From: a bacterium
Lineage (GTDB): Bacteria > Patescibacteriota > UBA1384 > 2-12-FULL-50-11
Length of the DNA stretch: 64,000 bases
Direction: 5' to 3'
Assembly: GCA_021463485.1 (NCBI GenBank)
Contig: JAJTYJ010000002.1
Span: forward strand, 32,673 to 96,672
The notes beneath the pieces were generated by a model. It did no database searches. It saw only the letters and a program-made list of their open reading frames with translations, and had not been told where the DNA came from. A program made the translations under genes and the position numbers. Positions 9,661-17,328 of this stretch are shown here, in pieces (the first letter of the stretch is position 1; every line of letters starts with the position of its first letter).

Positions 9661-10239
9661 ATGGATTCACAGGCTCTGATTAATAAACTTAACTCTAAAC
9701 AAATTAAAAATAACGTCGCCGACGTTCGTGTTGGCGATACCGTTCGCGTTCACTATAAAATCCGCGAGGGTAACAAAGAACGCGTCCAGATTTTTGAAGG
9801 CCTGGTAATCGGCACTAAAAGCGGCACATCCTTACAGGGAAGTTTTGTCGTTCGTAAGGTTGTAACTGGTGTTGGCGTAGAACGAACGTTCCCGCTGCAC
9901 TCGCCGTGGATTATCAAAATCGAACGCACGAAAACCGGTAAAGTTCGCCGTGCAAAACTCGGTTTTGTCCGACGCTACGCGATGAGTAGCCGCTTTAAAT
10001 TGAAAGATAAAGGCGTTGCCGGCACAGTTTGGGAAGAAGTAGCCAAGCAGCAAGAAGAGATCGCTGAGGCAGCCGAAGAAACCCCACAAGCCGAAGAAGT
10101 TGCAGAAGCGCCCGTGAGCGAAGAGAATGCGGTTGATGAGCAACCACAACAAGACGCTGGGGAGTCGGGGGGAGACACTAGCGAGCCAGTTTCTTCAGAA
10201 GAAGAAGCTGACGATACTGAGTCGAAACCTTCAAACTAA
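9661..10239 (+). CDS. rplS: 50S ribosomal protein L19 with ~75-aa acidic C-terminal extension
   Basis: VRVGDTVRVHYKIREGNKERVQIFEGLVIG...VRKVVTGVGVERTFPLHSP...VRRAKL aligns to L19. GAGG RBS 6 nt upstream of ATG 9661; the track ORF starts at TTG 9619. The tail EEVAKQQEEIAEAAEE...SEEEADDTESKPSN is not typical of L19. Confidence 0.85.
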   Translation: MDSQALINKLNSKQIKNNVADVRVGDTVRVHYKIREGNKERVQIFEGLVIGTKSGTSLQGSFVVRKVVTGVGVERTFPLHSPWIIKIERTKTGKVRRAKLGFVRRYAMSSRFKLKDKGVAGTVWEEVAKQQEEIAEAAEETPQAEEVAEAPVSEENAVDEQPQQDAGESGGDTSEPVSSEEEADDTESKPSN

Positions 10240-10501
10240 ATTCGGCGAGATCGATATTCTAGCTAAAGATCGAGACACGCTCGTTTTGGTTGAAGTAAAG
10301 ACGAAAACTGGCGATCGATTCGGCTCGGCGATCGAGATGATTACTCCAGTTAAACAGCGTAAACTCGTGCTACTTGCTTGTGAACTTCAGATGAAATATC
10401 AGAGCGAATCTGTCAGAATTGACGTTATAACGGTGGACAACGCTAATACTATGCCTCAACTCAAACATTACCCAGGAGTAATCGAATACCATGCCAGATA
10501 A
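10127..10501 (+). CDS. yraN: YraN/UPF0102 family predicted endonuclease
   Basis: LGSRGETLASQFLQKKKLTILSRNLQTKFGEIDILAKDRDTLVLVEVKTKTG matches the YraN signature (GE..A..YL...G..IL.RN.R...GEIDLIA.D...LVFVEVK.R). The 5' end overlaps the rplS tail in a different frame. Confidence 0.75.
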   Translation: MRLMSNHNKTLGSRGETLASQFLQKKKLTILSRNLQTKFGEIDILAKDRDTLVLVEVKTKTGDRFGSAIEMITPVKQRKLVLLACELQMKYQSESVRIDVITVDNANTMPQLKHYPGVIEYHAR

Positions 10502-11960
10502 TATCCGCGTCCGTATCGCGCCGTCACCGACCGGTAAATTTCATCTTGGCACCGCCAGGACGGCGTTGTTTAATTATTTGTTTGCCAAGCGAAATAACGG
10601 CTCGTTTATTCTTCGGATGGAAGATACCGATGCCGAGCGTTCGCAAGACCAGTTCGCCAAGGATATTATCGACGGTTTACTGTGGTTAGGCATCGGTTGG
10701 GACGAGGGCCCAGAAGTCGGCGGCGAGTTCGGTCCGTACTACCAGAAGGAACGACTCGATAAATACCAGGTTTATATCAATCAGCTCCTAGAGAGCGGTG
10801 CCGCTTATAAATGTTACTGCACGCCGGAAGAGCTCTCGGTTGAACGCGAAAAACAGCAAAAACAAGGGCTGGCGCCGAAGTATTCAGGTAAATGCCGCAA
10901 TCTTAGCGACGAACAACACCAACAGTACGAACGCGATGGTCGTACATTTGTTATTCGTTTTAAGGTCGATCCTCAAAAGGTTGTTATCGACGATCTAATC
11001 CGCGGCAAAGTGGAGTACGACGCTGGCCTCATGGGAGATTTTGTGATCGTTCGTACGGACGGTATGCCGTTATTCGTTTTTACTAATACAATTGACGATT
11101 ACTTAATGAAAATCAGCCACGTTCTACGCGGCGAAGAGCACTTACCAAACGCTGCGAAACAGATACTCCTAGCAGAAGCGCTCAACTTTATGAACCCGCA
11201 ATTCGGGCATCTGCCGCTAATTCTCAACGCCGATCGATCAAAAATGAGTAAGCGCAAAAATCCGGTCTCAGTTACTGATGATTACCGCGCGAAAGGATAC
11301 TTACCTGAGGCGCTGATTAACTTTTTGGTTCTACTTGGCTGGTCAAGCGGTACCGATCAAGAGATTTTCTCGATGCAAGAGTTAATCCAAGAATTTCAGA
11401 TCGACCGCGTCGGTAAAAGTCCGTCGATATTTGATCCGGAGAAACTACTTTGGATGAACGGCTATTATATTCGTAACTCGGATCTCGGCAAAATCGCGCA
11501 CTTAACGCAAGAATTTATTACCGACAAAGAATTACAAAAAGAAATAGAAAGTGACGTGCAGCGCTATTTACAAGTGATCGCCTTAGTTCAGGATCGGTTA
11601 AAAACGCTGGCAGATGTGGAATCGCTCATTACTTTTTTCTACCGTAAGCCAGAGTACCCGGCTTCGCTACTAATCGCTCGTAAGTCCGATAAGCAGCGAA
11701 CGGAGAAGGCGCTAACTGTTGCCGAGCGAACACTACGAGAGATCGATCAGTACTCAGTTGATGTAACAGAAGTCTCGCTTCGGAAAGCAGCGCAAGCCGC
11801 CGAGTTGAAAGACGGCGAGCTACTGTGGTCGGTTCGAGTGGCGTTAAGCGGGAGCGAGGCATCGCCAGGAGTTTTTGAGTTGTTGGAGATATTTGGTAAA
11901 GATGAATCGCTGCAACGAATCGAGACAGCCTTAAAAAAAATTAAATCGCTGCGCGAGTAG
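10491..11960 (+). CDS. gltX: glutamyl-tRNA synthetase
   Basis: IAPSPTGKFHLGTARTALFNYLFAKRNNGSFILRMEDTD and KMSKR motifs; collinear with bacterial GluRS. Confidence 0.95.
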   Translation: MPDNIRVRIAPSPTGKFHLGTARTALFNYLFAKRNNGSFILRMEDTDAERSQDQFAKDIIDGLLWLGIGWDEGPEVGGEFGPYYQKERLDKYQVYINQLLESGAAYKCYCTPEELSVEREKQQKQGLAPKYSGKCRNLSDEQHQQYERDGRTFVIRFKVDPQKVVIDDLIRGKVEYDAGLMGDFVIVRTDGMPLFVFTNTIDDYLMKISHVLRGEEHLPNAAKQILLAEALNFMNPQFGHLPLILNADRSKMSKRKNPVSVTDDYRAKGYLPEALINFLVLLGWSSGTDQEIFSMQELIQEFQIDRVGKSPSIFDPEKLLWMNGYYIRNSDLGKIAHLTQEFITDKELQKEIESDVQRYLQVIALVQDRLKTLADVESLITFFYRKPEYPASLLIARKSDKQRTEKALTVAERTLREIDQYSVDVTEVSLRKAAQAAELKDGELLWSVRVALSGSEASPGVFELLEIFGKDESLQRIETALKKIKSLRE

Positions 11961-11998
11961 CTATTGTCTTCGGTGCTTTTTTGTTACGCTTTCTGTAA

Positions 11999-12508
11999 AT
12001 GGAAGAACAAACAAGTAACCAAACACCGAGTCCCGAACCAACACCAGCCCCAGCGCCGCAGCCCGCACCACAAGCGCCGGCTGGTACGACCCACACTGTT
12101 TCGAATCCAACGCACGGTATGAACGGCCCGATGCCCGACGAGCTTAAACGCTGGAGTTGGGCAGCCTTTCTTATGAACTGGTTGTGGGGGATCTCCCACA
12201 ACGTCTGGATCGCGCTACTTTGTTTCGTACCGTTTCTGAATATCGTTATGCCGTTCTATCTCGGTGTGAAAGGGAACGAATTAGCTTGGGAGCACCGCAA
12301 GTTTGAAAGCGTTGAGCAATTTAAAGAAGTACAGAGGAAGTGGATGTATTGGGGAATCGGAGTATTTGTGGCCAGTATCGTCTTTTTCATGATGATGTGG
12401 TCATTTATCTTCGCGTTTTTAGTTGGCAGCAGCCTTAACGGCGTTGATGGCGTCCCAAATTTCTACGAGGATAACACGTACGAGTACGATCCGTCACACT
12501 TTCAATAA
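11999..12508 (+). CDS. hypothetical membrane protein (Pro-rich N-terminus; DUF2628-like W-rich helix)
   Basis: PEPTPAPAPQPAPQAP, then WSWAAFLMNWLWGISHNVW and a second TM helix. Confidence 0.5.
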   Translation: MEEQTSNQTPSPEPTPAPAPQPAPQAPAGTTHTVSNPTHGMNGPMPDELKRWSWAAFLMNWLWGISHNVWIALLCFVPFLNIVMPFYLGVKGNELAWEHRKFESVEQFKEVQRKWMYWGIGVFVASIVFFMMMWSFIFAFLVGSSLNGVDGVPNFYEDNTYEYDPSHFQ

Positions 12509-12516
12509 GCTAAACA

Positions 12517-13905
12517 ATGAACGACCAACTTCGAGAGTATATCGCTAAAGAGCGAGCACGCGGCGTTGATGACGAGCAGCTGCGGCAAGAGCTACTCTCA
12601 AAAGGGTGGGATCCGATCGCTGTCCATCGATTAGTAGCTGGGGAGGCGTCGGTAAAAACAGAGAGTCAGCTTCATCTCAGCGGTACAAACGTCCTACTTA
12701 TCACTGGATTAAGTCTCATTTTTATCGCAGCGGTTACATTCATCGGCTACAGCTGGCCGCAACTTTCACCGCTTAGTCGATTTTTACTAATTGCGATCCC
12801 GAACTTCTTTTTATTTGCGATCGGTAGTTTCCTGGCTAAAGGCGACGAGCTAAAGACAGTTAAGGAGACAACGCACATGGCCGCGCACCTTATGCTGCCA
12901 ATTACCGCCGGCGTGTTTCTGTATCAGTTTGGTTACTACGAGAAAGCAGACGCGTTGCTTATGGCCTACAGCGTATTACTGGCCCTACCGCTTAGCTTGT
13001 ACGCGGCGCTAGTTAAACAGCGCAGTTACGGCGCGTTGCTTGTTACGCTTAATTTAATTGCGCTCGCTATCTTTTTACTAACAGATCAAGATTTGAACGG
13101 TTGGAGAAGCTCGCTGATCCTAACAGTGGTATCGCTCTTGGGCTTAATTACTGCCTGGGTTTACAAAAAACGAGGCCAGGAAGAGTCGATCCCAGCTTTG
13201 GTCTCGGCCGGAACGATACTTTATATCATTAGTTTCTCCTCGCTTGTCAGTGACGTAACGAGACAAGTTACAAGCGACAGAACAGCAATTATCGGTTTTG
13301 CAGCTATCATCACAGGAGTAGGACTTCTTAAAACCGCTGCGTTGTTTGGCCATCTCTTTAAACCATGGACAAGACTCGAGTTTTTCCATCAACGACTACT
13401 AATTGCAGCGGCTATGCTTATTACGTTTATTACACTAATCGGTGCCGAAGGCGGTGAGACGATCTTAACCGTAATCTCGGTCGTTTTCTCAGCAATAGTG
13501 GTAATTATTGGCATGGAAACCAGAGTAAAATTTATGACCGTGCTTGGTTTGGTCGGCGGCAGTATTAGTTTGCTCAGCTTGCTGTTTAGCAATATCGATC
13601 GGGTGATGGTGGTGGTGTTGATGTTTATCGTCGGCTTTGCAGCGATACTATTAAGTATTTTCCTCGCGAAACGAGGCAGCGTCTCAACTATCGAAGCGGC
13701 ACCGACTTGGAACGTCGGGTTTATTGACGACAAAACCGCGGCGACGTTAACGGTTAAAACCGGTGAGGCACCGACGTTCTTCACAGTTCTCGTAAGGATT
13801 TTGTTGGCGTTCCTGCTTTACGCCTTAATTCAGTTTATTTTTATGAACTCCGTTCGATACGACGAAACGCCGGTGCCGTACGGTGACACAGCTGAATTGA
13901 TCTAG
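12517..13905 (+). CDS. polytopic integral membrane protein, unknown function
   Basis: 462 aa. Soluble N-terminal 40 aa, then more than 10 hydrophobic helices. Native codon usage. Confidence 0.55.
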   Translation: MNDQLREYIAKERARGVDDEQLRQELLSKGWDPIAVHRLVAGEASVKTESQLHLSGTNVLLITGLSLIFIAAVTFIGYSWPQLSPLSRFLLIAIPNFFLFAIGSFLAKGDELKTVKETTHMAAHLMLPITAGVFLYQFGYYEKADALLMAYSVLLALPLSLYAALVKQRSYGALLVTLNLIALAIFLLTDQDLNGWRSSLILTVVSLLGLITAWVYKKRGQEESIPALVSAGTILYIISFSSLVSDVTRQVTSDRTAIIGFAAIITGVGLLKTAALFGHLFKPWTRLEFFHQRLLIAAAMLITFITLIGAEGGETILTVISVVFSAIVVIIGMETRVKFMTVLGLVGGSISLLSLLFSNIDRVMVVVLMFIVGFAAILLSIFLAKRGSVSTIEAAPTWNVGFIDDKTAATLTVKTGEAPTFFTVLVRILLAFLLYALIQFIFMNSVRYDETPVPYGDTAELI

Positions 13906-13965
13906 CCGCCTCTCGAACACTTGCCCCAATTCTGATAAACTCTTCAGAGTATTCTTCATATACAT

Positions 13966-14036
13966 TCCCGAGTCGTCTAGTGGTAGGACGCTAGATTCTG
14001 GCTCTAGTAACCGGGGTTCGAATCCCTGCTCGGGAG
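13966..14036 (+). tRNA. tRNA-Gln (anticodon CTG)
   Basis: Acceptor TCCCGAG/CTCGGGA, D-arm TAGTGGTAG, anticodon stem CTAGA/TCTAG with loop TTCTGGC, and T-arm GGGGTTCGAATCCCTG. CCA is not encoded. Confidence 0.8.
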
Positions 14037-14069
14037 CACAGCGTGAAACGAGTGTGTTAGTATGGACGT

Positions 14070-14360
14070 ATGCTTTTAAGCCTGCATATTTTCGGCGCGG
14101 TTTGCACGGGAATCCTAGCCCTACTCTCAATTGTTGCTATACGCAGCCGATCTAAATATCTTTCGGGGCTCCGGTTGGGGATTATAGCAATTGGGCTGGT
14201 TCAAGTAATTAGCGGAACGTTTCTAGTAATCGGTTCGCCAGAAGTCTCAGTTGCTCGAATCTGTTTGGCATCGATGCTGTATTTGGGTGTACTAATCGGG
14301 GTTGAGGCAGCGTTACGAAAAGCGATAAAGGCCGAAGCTACGACGTTAATACGTAAGTAG
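14070..14360 (+). CDS. small membrane protein, unknown function
   Basis: 96 aa with three hydrophobic helices. Confidence 0.4.
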   Translation: MLLSLHIFGAVCTGILALLSIVAIRSRSKYLSGLRLGIIAIGLVQVISGTFLVIGSPEVSVARICLASMLYLGVLIGVEAALRKAIKAEATTLIRK

Positions 14361-14793
14361 CGATCCCGTAGGCGACCGCAACGTTCATCGACTGGCCTAC
14401 CCCCTGCATAGGTATCTCCATTATCTGATCTACTTGCTCAAGAATTTTAGCACTAGTGCCGCTGCGCTCGTGGCCAACGATTATTGCTAACGGCCTATTT
14501 TTAACTGGTTCGACTCGTTGGCTTCCGGCAGTACGCTCGAGCGCAACTATGTAATAGCCATGTTTCTTAAGTTGTTTAACGGTTTGTAACGCACTTTTCT
14601 TATACTCCCATTTGACTGCATTTAACGCGGCAAGCGCAGTTTTGGCTAATCTCGGGTGCTCGGGCGTACCGGTAATCCCGCACAAGTAAAGTTTCTGAAC
14701 ACCTAAGGCGTCGCTTGTTCGAAAGATGCTGCCGACGTTGTAGAGCGAACGAACGTTATCTAGGACGGCGACGATAGGCTCGGCTTGCTTCAT
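14338..14793 (-). CDS. SpoU/TrmH-family RNA 2'-O-methyltransferase (TrmL-like, ~151 aa)
   Basis: SPOUT motifs LYNVGSIFRTSDALG, IVGHERSGTS and MNVAVAYGIATY. True ATG at 14793 (MKQAEPIVAVLDN). The longer track ORF extending to 15264 is the antisense shadow of the SDR gene. Confidence 0.8.
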   Translation of the reverse strand: MKQAEPIVAVLDNVRSLYNVGSIFRTSDALGVQKLYLCGITGTPEHPRLAKTALAALNAVKWEYKKSALQTVKQLKKHGYYIVALERTAGSQRVEPVKNRPLAIIVGHERSGTSAKILEQVDQIMEIPMQGVGQSMNVAVAYGIATYVLTS

Positions 14794-14866
14794 TGAGATA
14801 TCTAACCTCAGCAGACCCTGGAAAACAAGCAACGCTCTGTTATGCTGCAAATTATCACGGTGAATT

Positions 14867-15601
14867 ATGGATAAAAGAGTAGTAATAGTGATCGGTGGGA
14901 GTAAGGGAATCGGCCGCGCCACAGCGGAACTTTTCCATAAACAAGGCGACCAAGTAATGGTGGCTGCTCGAGATACTGCGAAGCTCGCAGAGCTTGAGCG
15001 TGAGCTGCCAGGGCTGGTCAGCTTTGCTGGTGATATGACGGCTTCAAAGAACCTTGAGTCTCTCTTCGACAAGACCGTGAAACGGTTTGGTAAGATCGAC
15101 GTGGTCGTACTATCGGCGGCGCCGTTTATGTCTAAGCCGTTGTGTGAAGTCAGCGACGACGAGTGGCAACAGAGTCTCAAGTACGTCGATATGATTTTTC
15201 GGGTCAACCGCGCTGCTGCTCGACAGATGTCGAAGCAAGCTCGCGGCGGCACAGTTGTAAACATCAGCTCGCGTGCGGGTCTGCGCGAGGACGTTCTGCC
15301 AAATAGTAGCGTCTACGCCTTAATTAAAGGCGGCATGACGCACTTGGTGATGGCAGCTAATCAGGAGATGCGAAACGTGCAATTCATCTCGCTTTGCCCG
15401 GGTTTGGTTGGTGATACTGAGATGGGGCAGCGCGCGGTCGCTGAGCGACCAGGCATCGACAACGGCGAGAGCTTGTCGGCTGCAGAAGTAGCACAAACGA
15501 TCAGCGCTCTCGTTGAGGGCGCCGGTCCGAAGACTCCGCACGTCTATCGGCTCACTAGAGAGTTGGGGCTTGAGGCGATCGAGTCGCCAGCGCAAGATTG
15601 A
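14867..15601 (+). CDS. short-chain dehydrogenase/reductase (SDR) family oxidoreductase
   Basis: Rossmann motif IGGSKGIGRA, NISS, and the YALIK catalytic Tyr-x3-Lys. Confidence 0.85.
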   Translation: MDKRVVIVIGGSKGIGRATAELFHKQGDQVMVAARDTAKLAELERELPGLVSFAGDMTASKNLESLFDKTVKRFGKIDVVVLSAAPFMSKPLCEVSDDEWQQSLKYVDMIFRVNRAAARQMSKQARGGTVVNISSRAGLREDVLPNSSVYALIKGGMTHLVMAANQEMRNVQFISLCPGLVGDTEMGQRAVAERPGIDNGESLSAAEVAQTISALVEGAGPKTPHVYRLTRELGLEAIESPAQD

Positions 15602-15605
15602 ATCC

Positions 15606-15630
15606 GCGGCCGGCAACGGCCGCTTTTCTG
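15606..15630 (+). terminator. rho-independent terminator after the SDR gene
   Basis: GCGGCCG-GCAA-CGGCCGC perfect 7-bp stem followed by TTTTCTG. Confidence 0.5.
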
Positions 15631-15653
15631 TAAAAATCCCGCCGGTTGGCGGG
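15631..15653 (-). terminator. rho-independent terminator for the convergent M48-CHAP gene
   Basis: CCCGCC-GGTT-GGCGGG stem; on the minus strand it is followed by ATTTTTA. Confidence 0.45.
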
Positions 15654-15660
15654 AGTGTAG

Positions 15661-17265
15661 TCAGAGCAACAGCTCGACCTGCTTGATCTCACAGTCGTCA
15701 TAACCCTCACCGATCGAAGGGATAAGCGTCTCGATATCGAGCAGATTGTGCGTTCGAAGTAAACCCGGCGGTATATTTAGAACATACGTCTGCCAGTCGC
15801 TGGTTTTGGCGACGATGCGTCCGATCTCAACCCGGTTAATGGAGAAAATCGGATCTTTCGCGGGTAGAGCGCGAACTTTCAGCCGTAGCTTTGCGTTCGT
15901 TGAGCGCTCGAGTTCCCTTAGCGTTAGATTGAAGGGTTTTAGCCGGATCATCTCCATACCCTGCTCGTCGCCAAGCGTAAACGGTGGCTCAATCAGCATG
16001 ATCGACGCTCTTGGTTCGGCATCTTCATGACCAGGATACCCGACGGGCGCATCCGACTGATCGTTTTGCCAGTAGATGTAGCCCTTGATCCCTTTCGTCG
16101 AGCAGATCCGGTGCCGAACACGACCGTTAGTGGTGTTGCTATCTCTGGCCTCTGAGCCCCAATTGCTGTCCCAAACGCGAATGGTGTTATTTGAGAGGGA
16201 TTCGATCACCAGCGCAACGTGACCAGCACCGCCGCCGACGCTCTCGTCCCAGACTGCGATCGCGCCTGGTTTCGGCGTTGCACCAACGGCGTAGCCGTTC
16301 TCTCGACAACGATCCAACCACGTGAACGCGTTATTACCGCCGCGTGGGTTGAGCGGGATTGTGTCTCGGCGTAGCGCGTACACGAGCCAAGTACATTCGC
16401 CTCTGTATCGGTTCGAAAAGTAGTTCGGCAGGTTGTAGACCGGCCAACCGGTAGTGGCGGTGTAGGCTATTTGCCAGGCCGGGTCATCGTTAGCAAATTC
16501 AGCGATAATTTGGTTCTCGGCCGCTTGGGCTCGCCCAACAAACGCAAAATCCCATCCGCTATTTGCTTCGATTAGCCAATTTTTTAAATGTGCGGCCCTT
16601 GTAGCAACCGGCGGGTGAGTTGCAAATAGCTGTTCCAGTAGATCGGGAGTTTTGGTTTGCAGCGTCTCAAACCGGCGAAACAGTGCGATCGCCGCCGACG
16701 GTTTGATCGAACTCTTTTGTAATATCGCCCAGGCGTCTCGATCGGCCTGTAGTTCGTCTTCTCTCGACTTGGCGCTAGTGAGCGCTTGCCAAATTAGAGA
16801 AGTAATCTTTGCCTGATCTTTAGTTAACAGTGGCGCGACAATGTTAGCCAAAACAGCTTTACGAGCGAGCTCGTTTGCGTGTCCTCGGGCGCTATGACCA
16901 AGTTCGTGTGCTAGTGCTGTTGCCACTTCGTGACGGTTGGTACCGGTCATACCGCATAATCCGGTTGTGACGTAGACGTCGCCACCCGGGATGGTGTAAG
17001 CGTTTATCTCGTTAGACACAATCACCGTTACCCTTGGTTGCCGCTGTAATTTCGGTAGGGTTGTGACTTTTGAGCTGGCTGTTACCAGCTCGGCAAAGAG
17101 CTGCTCCACAGCCGCAACTAGTTGAGCGTCAACGGTCTTAGAGAATCGCTCTTCCATCAGTTGGATCGAATACTTCTCTATAAGCTTATCGAGATCGTCC
17201 GCCTTCGCCGTTGCTGCAAACGATACAGAGAGTAGAACAACGATAATCCTTAGAACGAATTTCAT
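15661..17265 (-). CDS. secreted M48-family metallopeptidase fused to a CHAP (amidase/peptidase) domain
   Basis: Signal peptide MKFVLRIIVVLLSVSFAATAKA. M48 block NAYTIPGGDVYVTTGL...ALAHELGHSARGH (HExxH). CHAP block RGECTWLVYALRRD...GHVALVIES...VWDSNW. An extra C-terminal domain of about 130 aa follows. Confidence 0.7.
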   Translation of the reverse strand: MKFVLRIIVVLLSVSFAATAKADDLDKLIEKYSIQLMEERFSKTVDAQLVAAVEQLFAELVTASSKVTTLPKLQRQPRVTVIVSNEINAYTIPGGDVYVTTGLCGMTGTNRHEVATALAHELGHSARGHANELARKAVLANIVAPLLTKDQAKITSLIWQALTSAKSREDELQADRDAWAILQKSSIKPSAAIALFRRFETLQTKTPDLLEQLFATHPPVATRAAHLKNWLIEANSGWDFAFVGRAQAAENQIIAEFANDDPAWQIAYTATTGWPVYNLPNYFSNRYRGECTWLVYALRRDTIPLNPRGGNNAFTWLDRCRENGYAVGATPKPGAIAVWDESVGGGAGHVALVIESLSNNTIRVWDSNWGSEARDSNTTNGRVRHRICSTKGIKGYIYWQNDQSDAPVGYPGHEDAEPRASIMLIEPPFTLGDEQGMEMIRLKPFNLTLRELERSTNAKLRLKVRALPAKDPIFSINRVEIGRIVAKTSDWQTYVLNIPPGLLRTHNLLDIETLIPSIGEGYDDCEIKQVELLL

Positions 17266-17328
17266 ATCTCACCGTTTTGTTAGGGTGCGTTACTGCTAGT
17301 TTAGCAGCGGGTGCGGTATGCTGGAATT

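Noticed and set aside
11941-11985. Possible terminator after gltX (T6 run at ~11975)
   Set aside because: The preceding sequence forms only a 3-bp stem, which is insufficient.
14794-15264. N-terminal 157 aa of the 308-aa minus-strand ORF 14338..15264
   Set aside because: Low-complexity Ser/Thr/Arg-rich sequence that is the antisense shadow of the SDR gene (14867..15601). The SpoU homology, and an ATG with the MKQAEPIVAVL start, begin at 14793.
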